Shown here one piece after another: positions 9,259 through 18,475 of a stretch of 36,127 bases of DNA. The position numbers were made by a program, and so were the translations under genes. Below the pieces are notes generated by a model. It searched no databases, was not told the origin of the DNA, and saw only the letters and a program-made list of their open reading frames with translations. The stretch is from Caulobacterales bacterium RIFOXYB1_FULL_67_16. Lineage in GTDB: Bacteria > Pseudomonadota > Alphaproteobacteria > Caulobacterales > Caulobacteraceae. The stretch's first letter is position 1; every line of letters begins with the position of its first letter. The stretch is taken from assembly GCA_001796045.1 (NCBI GenBank), contig MGLN01000110.1, forward strand, positions 8,215-44,341, written 5' to 3'.

Positions 9259-10424
9259 ACCTCGCCGAGCTTTTGTGAAGGATCGGCCTGCAGCGCGGGA
9301 ACGGGAGACTTGGCCGCGGGGGAGGTCGATCGCGACCCCGACTGCGGACGATTGAACCAGGCCTGGGTCGGTCGGTCGAAGGCGTAGCGGAAGACGGCGG
9401 CGCCGCCGAAAGCCGCGGCCAGGCCGACCGCCCAGGCGGTCCATTGCACTGACGGACTCCAACTCCGCCAATCGACGGCGTCGAGCACGCCGAACCACAC
9501 GATCCGGATCACTTCGTTGGTCAGGAAGATCGCGAACGCCATCAAAGCGAGGTGCTCGACCAGCCTGGACGGGCTCCGAACCGGCAAGGCCCCGGTGGCG
9601 AAGATGATGACGGTCAGGAGGCCGAGGGTCGCCAGATTATGGGGTCCCAGAGCCTGCAGACCCGCCACAGCGACCACGGCGGAACCGCCCAGACCGGCGG
9701 CCAGACGGGGCGGGCAATAGACCTGCCGGGCGAACAGAGCCACGGCGACGCCGAGGGCGAACAGCGGAAAGGCCCGCAGGAAGCCGAGGCGCAACGGCAT
9801 CTCGTAGATCGGCAACCCGAAGGCGGCGTGGGCGGACAGGTTGGCGGCGAGCAGCCCGCCCACCCCAAGAGCGAGGATCAGCCATGGGGACAGGCCGCGC
9901 GCCGCGCGAGCGAGGAAGGGCAGGCTGACGTAACAGCCCAGGAGCGCCGAGAGCGTCCAGGTCGGCGCGTTCCATCCCTCTCCGCCCGGCACCCCATAGG
10001 CCTGCACCAGAAAGAACTGGGCGGGAAACCGGGACCAGTCGAACCATTCCGGGTGGCTGGGTGTTTGGCCCAGGATCGCCGCCGTCAGCACCAGCCCCGC
10101 CAGGGCGAGGCTGACGGTCATGTGGGCCGGAACCACCCTGAGAAATCGCTGACGGTAGAAGACGGAAAGTGGAATTCGCCGGTTCGCGAGCCGCTCGCCG
10201 TAGACGCGGGCGAGAACGTAGCCGGAGTCGATGATGAAGAAGTCGGTCAGCAGATAGCCGCGGTCGAAGACCGGATGGAAGAGCGGCAAGGGGATCGGAG
10301 CGGCCTCGCGGAAGTGATAGAGGACGATCATCGCCCCCACGACGAAACGCAGAAGGTCGAGCCAGCCGCCGCGCGCGATCGGCGGCGGGCATCGGGGCTC
10401 ATGGGATGCTGGATCTTCCGTCAT
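9132..10424 (-). CDS. Acyltransferase_3 (OafA/OatA-like) membrane acyltransferase
   Basis: LDLLRF...VLYH, DFFIIDSGYVL, QRFLRVVPAH, WNAPTWTLSA. Likely ATG at 10424; the C-terminus overlaps the copD 3' end by 127 bp. Confidence 0.85.
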   Translation of the reverse strand: MTEDPASHEPRCPPPIARGGWLDLLRFVVGAMIVLYHFREAAPIPLPLFHPVFDRGYLLTDFFIIDSGYVLARVYGERLANRRIPLSVFYRQRFLRVVPAHMTVSLALAGLVLTAAILGQTPSHPEWFDWSRFPAQFFLVQAYGVPGGEGWNAPTWTLSALLGCYVSLPFLARAARGLSPWLILALGVGGLLAANLSAHAAFGLPIYEMPLRLGFLRAFPLFALGVAVALFARQVYCPPRLAAGLGGSAVVAVAGLQALGPHNLATLGLLTVIIFATGALPVRSPSRLVEHLALMAFAIFLTNEVIRIVWFGVLDAVDWRSWSPSVQWTAWAVGLAAAFGGAAVFRYAFDRPTQAWFNRPQSGSRSTSPAAKSPVPALQADPSQKLGEVHIMAAGGAWVPMIATIRSSRAASTVSSARLRRRRRKASGRA

Positions 10425-10622
10425 CCGGCCATCATCCCTCACAGGTGCCAAGGAAGGCTTGCCCGACACGGTGAACGAGGCCTTGCACGCCGGTGCAGTC
10501 ATGGCCGTCCAAGCGAGGCTCCCGCGAGCCCCGTCTGCGTACATTAGGCGTGGAACGGCGGTTAAGGGAGGGCAGGGATCGGGCAAGCCCGCATGTTCTT
10601 GCGCCCGTCCTCAGCGGGTCGG

Positions 10623-10860
10623 TCAGGACCGAGGCGAGCGGCGTCGGGGTTTTCCGAGGTAGGCCCAGGCGCCGACGCCTCCCAGGCCCGCCATTGCGAC
10701 GCCGCAGAGCGCCGTCACCGCGCCATAGAGCCAGCCGCCAACCGAACTGGCGTGCAGGGGGTAGAAGGCGTTATAGACCCGAACGCCGGTCGGCAGGGCG
10801 TCGGCGTTCGAGGTCGCCACCACCCGGCTGTTGGCCGGATCGAAGAAACGGGTCGGCTCA
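10623..10860 (-). pseudogene. C-terminal relic of a PepSY-associated TM helix protein
   Basis: RFFDPANSRVVATSNADALPTGVRVYNAFYPLHASSVGGWLYGAVTALCGVAMAG...WAYL matches the 'yfDP...lypLH..gG' end of PepSY-TM proteins; no N-terminal part or start context. Confidence 0.65.
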
Positions 10861-10874
10861 GCGGTCGCCGGGGC

Positions 10875-12017
10875 CTAGGGCTCCGGCTGGGTGAGGGCGG
10901 CAGGATCGCGCGCGGCGCGACGCCCGTCGAAACGACGTCGGATCCAGTTTCTGCCGGGCTTCTCGACGAGCAGATGCAGCGCGGCCGCCATCAGGGCCGT
11001 GGCGATGAACAATCCGATCAGTTCGACCGGCGTGATGCGGAAGGTGCTGTCGACGCCGCGCAGTTCGGCCACGACGCCCTTCCAGGCCACGATCACCGGC
11101 ATGTGCACCAGATAGAGGGCGAAGGACGCTTCTCCGGCGAAGACAAGGCCCGGGGCGGCGAGGGGGCCCTCGCAATCCGCCCGCGCGAGCAGGGACCAAG
11201 TCAGAATCACGGGGGCGGCGAGGGCGACGATGATGCGATCGTCCAGTGATAGCTGCATCGCGCCCAGCAGCAGGACGGTCGTGGACAGGGCGGCCGCGGC
11301 GGCCACGGGCGGGCTCCAGCGCCAGCGATGGCCCAGCCCGTAAAGCGCCATGCCGACCAGGAATTCCGGGGCGATCCGGAGAATGCCGAGCGAGTCCTCG
11401 GCTCGCGGAAGAACCTTGCCGAACGCCTGGACGTAGAAGGCGTCGAGGACGACGAACGCCGCGGCCCCGATCCCCAGCAGCACCCAGGGCCGCGTCCGCA
11501 GACGCAGGGCCAGCCAGGCGTAGGCGGGGAACAATAGGTAGGCGAACCACTCGGCAGACAACGACCAGCTCGGGCCGCTCCAGTTCACCTCTCCGTTGGT
11601 AGGAAACCACGATTGGATGAGAAACAGCGTCTGGAAGAAGCCCAGCACCCCATAGCCCTCGGCGTTGAACCGAACGCCTGCGGCGGTCGCGCCCAGGACC
11701 ATTATCAAGGCGCCCGTCAGAACCGCGATGTGCAGGGGATAAAGCCGCGCCAGCCTGGCGACGATGAAACGCCGGTAATTGAAACCGCCGCTCGCGAAGG
11801 CTGGACCGTAGACGTGCGCCAGAATGAAGCCCGACAGCATGAAGAAGGCGTCCACCGCCAGCCGGCTTCGCTCGATGATCGGGCTGAAGCCCAGGGCCGG
11901 ATCCCATTGGAGCTGATAGTGGAACAGCACCACCCCCAAGGCGAGGAACGCGCGCAGACTGGTCAGGGCCCTGAGATCGGCGGGATAGCCGTCTCGGGTC
12001 GGCGGTACGGATGTCAT
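10875..12017 (-). CDS. Acyltransferase_3 membrane acyltransferase
   Basis: LTSLRAFLALGVVLFH, VDAFFMLSGFIL, RLARLYPLH, WSLSAEWFAYL, GEASFALYLVH, VEKP. Confidence 0.93.
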   Translation of the reverse strand: MTSVPPTRDGYPADLRALTSLRAFLALGVVLFHYQLQWDPALGFSPIIERSRLAVDAFFMLSGFILAHVYGPAFASGGFNYRRFIVARLARLYPLHIAVLTGALIMVLGATAAGVRFNAEGYGVLGFFQTLFLIQSWFPTNGEVNWSGPSWSLSAEWFAYLLFPAYAWLALRLRTRPWVLLGIGAAAFVVLDAFYVQAFGKVLPRAEDSLGILRIAPEFLVGMALYGLGHRWRWSPPVAAAAALSTTVLLLGAMQLSLDDRIIVALAAPVILTWSLLARADCEGPLAAPGLVFAGEASFALYLVHMPVIVAWKGVVAELRGVDSTFRITPVELIGLFIATALMAAALHLLVEKPGRNWIRRRFDGRRAARDPAALTQPEP

Positions 12018-12067
12018 TCGCGATGGCCCCCCAAGGGCGGCGGATCAGCACCGCCGCCATATTGAGA

Positions 12068-12093
12068 TACGCATCGGGCGGGAACATCCCTCA
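12068..12093 (-). promoter_or_regulatory. CnrH-type ECF promoter for the acyltransferase gene(s)
   Basis: Minus strand TGAGGG atgttcccgcccgatg CGTA (N16), 50 bp before the ATG at 12017; one mismatch to the other five copies. Confidence 0.7.
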
Positions 12094-12308
12094 TGCGCGA
12101 CGCCAGACGGTGCCGGCCGGTCATACGGGACGTCCAAGTCTGGCTCGCGGCTCGGCATGCCCTCAGCCGGTTTGCCAGCCTGGACCGCTGCGGCTCTGGG
12201 TGAGGGCCGGCCCCCGAGACGTGAAGCGTCCATGTCCCTCAGCCGAACGAGAGGATGTCCAGGCCGACCGCCGGGCCTGGCGACCGGACGCCGAGAGTCG
12301 GTCCCCGG

Positions 12309-12584
12309 CTAGCGGGAAGCGCGGCCCAGAAGTTCGATCAGTTCGGTCGCCTTGGCCTTGCGGTCGGCGAGATCGTCACCCGCGATCGCGCCCATGACGC
12401 AGTGATCCATGTGGTCCTTCAAGACCTCGCTCTCGACGCACGACAGCGCCGCCCGAACGGCCTGGAGCTGGGTCAGGACGTCGATGCAGTAGCGGTCCTC
12501 CTCGACCATTCTGGAAAGGCCACGCACCTGCCCCTCTATGCGGCTCAGGCGGTTCAACACCTTCGGCTTGATATCGGTCTGCAT
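12309..12584 (-). CDS. csoR: CsoR-family Cu(I)-sensing repressor
   Basis: [12 protein letters not shown]...YCIDVLTQ...DHMDHC gives the x-C-H-C Cu(I) fingerprint; divergent from the Cu-ATPase. Confidence 0.9.
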   Translation of the reverse strand: MQTDIKPKVLNRLSRIEGQVRGLSRMVEEDRYCIDVLTQLQAVRAALSCVESEVLKDHMDHCVMGAIAGDDLADRKAKATELIELLGRASR

Positions 12585-12629
12585 CCTGTTCCTCGTTCCG
12601 ACCGTTCGATCCTACCTCACCGTCACACC

Positions 12630-12657
12630 TTGCGCGATACCCCCCGTGGGGTATATT
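12630..12657 (+). promoter_or_regulatory. Sigma70-type promoter with CsoR operator for the Cu-ATPase
   Basis: TTGCGC-N16-TATATT overlapping the palindrome ATACCCC-ccgt-GGGGTAT (12637-12654), the AT-flanked G/C-tract operator typical of CsoR/RcnR. Confidence 0.85.
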
Positions 12658-12685
12658 TGGCAGTGAGGTCGTCCGAGGAGCCGTC

Positions 12686-15040
12686 ATGGCTACGTCATCC
12701 CATTCCCATCCCGCCGGTCACGGCTGCTGTTCGAACAAGACGCCTCGGGACGCCGCGCAGGCGATCGATCCGGTTTGCGGCATGACCGTCGATCCGGCGA
12801 CCACGGCGCATCGGGCCACCCACGAGGGGGAGGAGTATGTCTTCTGTTCGGCGGGCTGCCGGACCAAATTCGTGGACGATCCGGATCGCTATCTCGGCGA
12901 GCGGCCCGAACCGGCTCCCGTCACGCCCGGTGCGATCTACACCTGTCCGATGCATCCCGAGGTGCGCCAGGAGGGACCTGGCTCCTGTCCGATCTGCGGC
13001 ATGGCGCTGGAGCCGGAGACCGTCACCGCCGAGGCTCCGGTCAATCACGAACTGATCGACTTCACCCGTCGCCTGTGGATCGGCGCGGTTCTGACGCTGC
13101 CGGTCTTCGCGCTTGAAATGGGCGGCCATCTGACCGGGCTGGCGATGCGGATACCCGGACAGACCTCCAACTGGATCCAGTTCGCCCTGGCGACGCCGGT
13201 CGTGCTGTGGTCCGGCTGGCCGTTCTTCCAGAGGGGCTGGGCATCCATCCGCAATCGCAGCCTCAACATGTTCACCCTGATCGCCATCGGCGTTGGTGCG
13301 GCCTGGATCTACAGCGTGGTCGCGGTTCTGGCGCCGCATCTGTTCCCGGCGGCGGTCCGGCGGATGGACGGCAGCGCGCCGGTCTATTTCGAGGCGGCGG
13401 CCATCATCACCGTCCTGGTGATGGTCGGCCAGATCCTGGAGCTTCGGGCGCGCGAACAGACGTCGGGGGCCATCAGGGCCCTGCTGGACCTCGCCCCGAA
13501 GACCGCGCGGCGCGTCCGCGACGACGGCGGCGACGAGGACGTCACCCTCGATCTGGTCGCTGTGGGAGACCGGCTGCGCGTCCGTCCCGGCGAGAAGGTG
13601 GCGGTCGACGGAGAGATCCTGGACGGCCGGGTCACCCTCGACGAGTCCCTCGTCACGGGTGAATCCATGCCGGTGACCAAGGACGTCGGCGACAAGGTCG
13701 TCGCCGGGTCGCTCAACAAGACCGGCTCGTTCGTCATGCGAGCCGACAAGGTGGGCGCCGACACCCTCCTGGCGCAGATCGTCCAGATGGTGGCGCAGGC
13801 CCAACGCAGCCGCGCGCCGATCCAGCGGCTGGCCGACAAGGTGTCGGGCTGGTTCGTTCCGGCCGTGATCGGGATCGCCGTTCTCGCCGCGATCGTCTGG
13901 GGCCTGGCCGGCCCCGAACCGCGGCTGTCCTACGCCCTCGTCGCAGCGGTCTCCGTGCTGATCATCGCCTGTCCGTGCGCCCTGGGCTTGGCCACGCCGA
14001 TCTCCATCATGGTCGGGGTGGGGCGCGGCGCTCACGCCGGGGTGCTCATCAAGAACGCCGAGGCGCTGGAGCGCTTCGAGAAGGTGGACACCCTGGTGCT
14101 CGACAAAACCGGCACCCTGACGGAGGGGCGCCCCTCGGTGACGGCCGTCCGGCCAGCCGATGGGTTCGACGAGGCCGAGCTTCTGAGACTTTCCGCCAGT
14201 CTTGAGCGGAGCAGCGAGCATCCGCTGGCGGACGCCGTCGTTCGGGCGGCGAGCGACCAAAATCTGGTTCTGTCCGAGGCGTCGGACTTCGACAGCCCCG
14301 TCGGGCGCGGCGTCACCGGGGTCGTCGACGGCCGCCGCGTGGCGCTCGGCAACAGCCGTTATCTGGCCGAGATCGGCGTCGACGTCGGGCCTCTGGAAGC
14401 CGGGGCCGATACGCTTCGCCAAGACGGCGCGACCGCCATCTTCGTCGCCGTGGACGGGGCTGCGGGCGGCGTGCTGGGCATCGCCGATCCAGTCAAGGCG
14501 ACGACCGCCGAGGCCATCCGCGATCTGAAGGCGTCGGGGCTGCGTCTGGTGATGATGACCGGCGACAACCGCACAACGGCCGAGGCGGTGGCGCGCCAGC
14601 TCGGCATAGACGACGTTCAGGCCGAGGTTCTGCCCCAGGACAAGGCGGCGGTCGTCGAGCGGCTGAGAGCGGAGGGTCGGATCGTCGCCATGGCCGGAGA
14701 CGGTGTGAACGACGCCCCGGCCCTGGCCGCCGCCGACGTGGGGGTGGCCATGGGCGCCGGCTCGGACGTCGCGATCGAGAGCGCCGGGGTCACCCTTCTC
14801 GGCGGCGATCTCCAGGGCCTCGTCCGGGCGCGCAAACTGTCCCGTGCGGTGATGAGCAACATCCGCCAGAACCTGGTCTTCGCCTTCGGTTACAACACCC
14901 TCGGCATTCCGATCGCGGCGGGACTGCTCTACCCGGTCTTCGGCCTTCTGTTGTCGCCGGCCCTGGCGGCGTTGGCGATGGCCCTGTCCTCCGTCAGTGT
15001 TATCGCCAACGCGCTGCGGCTCCGGGCCGTCCGACTCTGA
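12686..15040 (+). CDS. copA: Cu(I)-translocating P1B-type ATPase with YHS and heavy-metal-binding domains
   Basis: DPVCGM...FCSAGC (YHS); YTCPMHP...CPICGM; TGES, CPC, DKTGT, HP, GDGVND, YN and MxxSS motifs. Confidence 0.97.
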   Translation: MATSSHSHPAGHGCCSNKTPRDAAQAIDPVCGMTVDPATTAHRATHEGEEYVFCSAGCRTKFVDDPDRYLGERPEPAPVTPGAIYTCPMHPEVRQEGPGSCPICGMALEPETVTAEAPVNHELIDFTRRLWIGAVLTLPVFALEMGGHLTGLAMRIPGQTSNWIQFALATPVVLWSGWPFFQRGWASIRNRSLNMFTLIAIGVGAAWIYSVVAVLAPHLFPAAVRRMDGSAPVYFEAAAIITVLVMVGQILELRAREQTSGAIRALLDLAPKTARRVRDDGGDEDVTLDLVAVGDRLRVRPGEKVAVDGEILDGRVTLDESLVTGESMPVTKDVGDKVVAGSLNKTGSFVMRADKVGADTLLAQIVQMVAQAQRSRAPIQRLADKVSGWFVPAVIGIAVLAAIVWGLAGPEPRLSYALVAAVSVLIIACPCALGLATPISIMVGVGRGAHAGVLIKNAEALERFEKVDTLVLDKTGTLTEGRPSVTAVRPADGFDEAELLRLSASLERSSEHPLADAVVRAASDQNLVLSEASDFDSPVGRGVTGVVDGRRVALGNSRYLAEIGVDVGPLEAGADTLRQDGATAIFVAVDGAAGGVLGIADPVKATTAEAIRDLKASGLRLVMMTGDNRTTAEAVARQLGIDDVQAEVLPQDKAAVVERLRAEGRIVAMAGDGVNDAPALAAADVGVAMGAGSDVAIESAGVTLLGGDLQGLVRARKLSRAVMSNIRQNLVFAFGYNTLGIPIAAGLLYPVFGLLLSPALAALAMALSSVSVIANALRLRAVRL

Positions 15041-15313
15041 TGGATGTCCCCTGGCCAGAAAGCCGTCGCAGAGGAGAGCCGCGGGGGGCGCCAATACGCA
15101 TTCCGGCGACCGATCCCTCGCCTGATCCAACGGCGTTCGGGAATATTTAATCACGGCGGAACCGTGGCGCCGGGGCTGGATTACGCTGGACGATGTCCGG
15201 CGTGGGCAGTCGGGGCAAGGGACCAAACTCGCACCCGCCGCAGCGTTGTCGGACGCATCGTTCGTCTGGCCGTCCGGCGATCCGCCGGCGACCCCCTCAA
15301 GCGGAGACGCCCT

Positions 15314-15994
15314 ATGCTCATCCCGACTTTCACCCGCACGTCTCTCCTGGTCGCCGGCTGTTCCGCTCTCGTTCTGGCGGCCTGCAGCCCGTCGGCGGAA
15401 CCGCCGGCGAACACGGAGGCCGAAGCCTCGGCTCAGACGCAGGAGCCGATGGCCATGGCGCAGACTCCGTTCTCCGCCGCCGAGGCCAAGATGCACGAGG
15501 CCATGATGTCCGCCATGGGCGCGGATGCGGGCGAGACATGGGCCCGCAAGATGATCCCTCACCACCAGGGCGCGCTGGACATGTCCGAGATCGTGCTGAG
15601 GGACACACAGGACGCGGATATCCGTCGCATGGCCCAGAAGACCATCGAGATGCAGCCCGGCGACATCGCCGAGCTGCGGCGCTGGCTTGAAACGAACGTG
15701 GGCGCCGCCGCCGGCGCGGCGGCTCCAGGCGGAAGCGCGGAAAATCCATACGCGACGGCCGAGGCCGAGATGAAGGACGCCATGATGGCCGCGACCGGGG
15801 CCGACACGGACCAGACCTGGGCTCGCAAGATGATCGCGCATCACCAGGGCGCCCTCGACATGGCCCAGGTGGTGTTGCGCGAAAGTCAGGACGCCGACAT
15901 CCGGCGCATGGCGCAGATAACGATCGAGATGCAGACCGCCGACATCGCCGAGTTGCGCGCCTGGCTGGACTCCCATCCGGCCGGCGCTGCCTGA
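15314..15994 (+). CDS. DUF305 (CopM-like) lipoprotein with two tandem domains
   Basis: ATG at 15314 after GGAG; lipobox LAAC; two copies of TWARKMIxHHQGALDM...DADIRRMAQ. Confidence 0.88.
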   Translation: MLIPTFTRTSLLVAGCSALVLAACSPSAEPPANTEAEASAQTQEPMAMAQTPFSAAEAKMHEAMMSAMGADAGETWARKMIPHHQGALDMSEIVLRDTQDADIRRMAQKTIEMQPGDIAELRRWLETNVGAAAGAAAPGGSAENPYATAEAEMKDAMMAATGADTDQTWARKMIAHHQGALDMAQVVLRESQDADIRRMAQITIEMQTADIAELRAWLDSHPAGAA

Positions 15995-16043
15995 TTGGCG
16001 ATCGGAATGTGATTGAAGAGCGTTGTCGCGAAAGGACCGATCC

Positions 16044-16535
16044 ATGGAAAAGATGAAGACGATGGACTCAAAGATGAAGACGATGGACTCGATGAAGGGG
16101 AGCTACCGTTCCTTCGGCGTCGAGCTCATCGTGGATTTCATCATCATGTACCTGGTGATGTACACGATGATCGCGTCCCTCAATCACTTCTATTTCAACC
16201 TCAACAACGTCTACATGACGCTGATGATGGTGTCGCCGATGGCCATCCTCATGCTGATCTTTATGCGATCGATGTATCCGTCGAAACGGACCAACCTTCT
16301 GATCGGCGGAGCCGCCGCCCTGGTGTTCGCGGTGAGCTTTTACGGCATGCGGACCCAGGCGGCGGTGGGCGACACCGAGTTCTTGAAATCGATGATCCCG
16401 CACCATTCCGGCGCCATCCTGATGTGTCAGCAGGCCTCGCTGACGGATCCGGAAGTGCTGGGTCTGTGCGAGGAGATCGTCAGCTCCCAGGAGAGGGAGA
16501 TCGCCCAGATGAAAGCCATCCTGGCGAGGCGCTGA
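16044..16535 (+). CDS. Membrane-anchored DUF305 protein, Met-rich
   Basis: Three N-terminal TM helices, then FLKSMIPHHSGAILMC...QEREIAQM; ATG after AAAGGA. Confidence 0.88.
   Translation: MEKMKTMDSKMKTMDSMKGSYRSFGVELIVDFIIMYLVMYTMIASLNHFYFNLNNVYMTLMMVSPMAILMLIFMRSMYPSKRTNLLIGGAAALVFAVSFYGMRTQAAVGDTEFLKSMIPHHSGAILMCQQASLTDPEVLGLCEEIVSSQEREIAQMKAILARR
16050..16090 (+). repeat. 21-bp tandem duplication encoding KMKTMDS twice
   Basis: AAGATGAAGACGATGGACTC at 16050 and 16071. Confidence 0.9.
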
Positions 16536-16590
16536 TCCAGCGCTAGGCGACGGGAGTTTCCGGCCCGGTCGGCTCTGCGGCAGCGTGTCG

Positions 16591-16616
16591 CGAGGGCCGA
16601 CCGGGTCGCCTGCGTA
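16591..16616 (+). promoter_or_regulatory. CnrH-type ECF promoter for copAB
   Basis: CGAGGG ccgaccgggtcgcctg CGTA (N16), 56 bp before the multicopper oxidase ATG. Confidence 0.8.
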
Positions 16617-16672
16617 AAACCATATAGATCGTCGCCTCGCCGAGGCACGGTTCTGACTTTGAGGAGTATCTT

Positions 16673-18475
16673 ATGAAGCTGGATCGTCGACTGCTGCTGC
16701 GCGGCGCCGTCGCGGGCGGCGGTCTCGCCGCCTTGCAGGGCCTGATGCCCGCCTGGGCGCAGACGGGCTCGCCGGGGCTGCGGTCGGACCTGCCTACCCT
16801 GACTGGGCCGAATATCGATCTGACCATCGGTCAGACGCCCTTCACCGTGAACGGGCGCACCGCGACGGCCACGACCATCAACGGCGTGCTGCCGGCGCCG
16901 GTGTTGCGGCTGCGCGAAGGCCAGAACGTCCGTCTGGCGGTGACGAACACCCTGGACGAAGACACCTCGATCCACTGGCATGGGATTCTTCTACCCTTCC
17001 AGATGGACGGGGTGCCCGGGATCAGCTTCCCAGGCATCAAGCCGCGCGAGACCTTCGTCTACGAGTTTCCGATCAGGCAGTCCGGCACCTTCTGGTATCA
17101 CAGCCACTCCGGCCTGCAGGAGGCGCTCGGCCACTACGGGCCGATCGTCATCGATCCGGCCGGCGCCGATCCGGTCGCCTACGACCGCGAGCATGTGCTG
17201 GTCCTGTCGGACTGGAGTTTCATGCATCCGCACGAAATCCTCGACAAGCTGAAGAAGAGCCCCGGCTACTTCAACCGGCAGCGCACGACCCTGGCGGGCC
17301 TCTTCTCCGGCGAGGACCGCATGAGCCTGGAGGAACGGCGCATGTGGGGCCAGATGCGGATGGACCCGCGCGACATCCTCGACGTGAATGGGACGACCTA
17401 CACCTATCTGATCAATGGACACGGCCCGCAGGAGAACTGGACCGGCCTGTTCCGACCCGGCGAACGGGTGCGGCTGCGCATCATCAACGCCTCGGCCATG
17501 TCGATCTTCAACGTCCGCATCCCCGGCCTGTCGATGACCGTGGTCCAGGCCGACGGCGAGAACGTGCGCCCGGTCGAGACCGATGAGTTCCAGATTTCGG
17601 TGGCGGAGACCTACGACGTCATCGTCCGGCCGACGGAAGATCGTGCCTACACAATCGTGTCCGAGGCGATCGACCGCTCAGGCATGGGCCGGGCGACCCT
17701 GGCGCCGCGTCTGGGCATGACGGCCGAGGTCCCGCCGCTTCGGGAGGTTCCTAATCTGACCATGCGCGACATGGGCATGGGCGGAATGGATCACGGTTCG
17801 ATGGACGGCATGTCCGGAATGGATCATGGCGCGATGACCGGCATGGATCATGGAGCCTCGACGCAAGGCGGGGCTCCGATGGGAGACATGGGCGGCATGT
17901 CCATGAGCGGAATGAACATGCGCGACCCTGAAAACGCTCCGCCAGACATGGCGGTTGGCGTCGGCGTAGACGCCATCGCCATGGATCCGGCCAATCGCCT
18001 GGGTGAACGGCCGATGGGGCTGGAAGACGTCCCGCACCGGGTGCTGGTCTATACCGACTTGGTGTCGCTAGTCCCCAACAGGGACCAGCGCCCCCCGTCG
18101 CGCACGATGGAAATCCACCTGACCGGTAATATGGAGCGGTTCATGTGGGGCTTCGACGGCCGCAAGTTCAGTGAGTTGGTCGAGCCCATCCGTTTCGAGC
18201 GCAATGAGCGAGTGCGGGTGACCCTCGTCAACGACACCATGATGGCTCACCCAATCCACCTGCATGGCCACTTCTTTGAGTTGGTCACGGGCGGACCGGC
18301 CGGGCATCAGCCGCTCAAGCATACCGTCAACGTCGCCCCCGGCGGCAAGGTGACCTTCGATCTAACCGCCGACGCACCGGGCGACTGGGCCTTCCACTGC
18401 CACATGCTGATGCACATGCACGCGGGCATGTTCAACGTCGTCACCGTCCGCCCGATGTCAGGAGCCTCGTCATGA
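16673..18475 (+). CDS. copA: Copper-resistance multicopper oxidase CopA/PcoA (Tat-exported)
   Basis: DRRLLL Tat motif; HWHG, WYHSH, HPIHLHGH, HCHMLMHMHAGM copper ligands; MDHG-rich insert. Confidence 0.97.
   Translation: MKLDRRLLLRGAVAGGGLAALQGLMPAWAQTGSPGLRSDLPTLTGPNIDLTIGQTPFTVNGRTATATTINGVLPAPVLRLREGQNVRLAVTNTLDEDTSIHWHGILLPFQMDGVPGISFPGIKPRETFVYEFPIRQSGTFWYHSHSGLQEALGHYGPIVIDPAGADPVAYDREHVLVLSDWSFMHPHEILDKLKKSPGYFNRQRTTLAGLFSGEDRMSLEERRMWGQMRMDPRDILDVNGTTYTYLINGHGPQENWTGLFRPGERVRLRIINASAMSIFNVRIPGLSMTVVQADGENVRPVETDEFQISVAETYDVIVRPTEDRAYTIVSEAIDRSGMGRATLAPRLGMTAEVPPLREVPNLTMRDMGMGGMDHGSMDGMSGMDHGAMTGMDHGASTQGGAPMGDMGGMSMSGMNMRDPENAPPDMAVGVGVDAIAMDPANRLGERPMGLEDVPHRVLVYTDLVSLVPNRDQRPPSRTMEIHLTGNMERFMWGFDGRKFSELVEPIRFERNERVRVTLVNDTMMAHPIHLHGHFFELVTGGPAGHQPLKHTVNVAPGGKVTFDLTADAPGDWAFHCHMLMHMHAGMFNVVTVRPMSGASS

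Noticed and set aside
10514-10541. CGAGGC-N18-CGTA on the plus strand
   Set aside because: Wrong spacing and no plus-strand gene downstream.
15216-15242. CAAGGG-N17-CGCA upstream of the DUF305 lipoprotein as a seventh ECF promoter
   Set aside because: Mismatches in both boxes and 17-bp spacing; too weak without transcription-start data.
12695-16045. 1116-aa minus-strand ORF, and similar long antisense ORFs such as 2865-4271, 18307-20157, 25816-27150 and 34468-35946
   Set aside because: Shadow frames of well-supported genes in high-GC DNA; no recognisable motifs.
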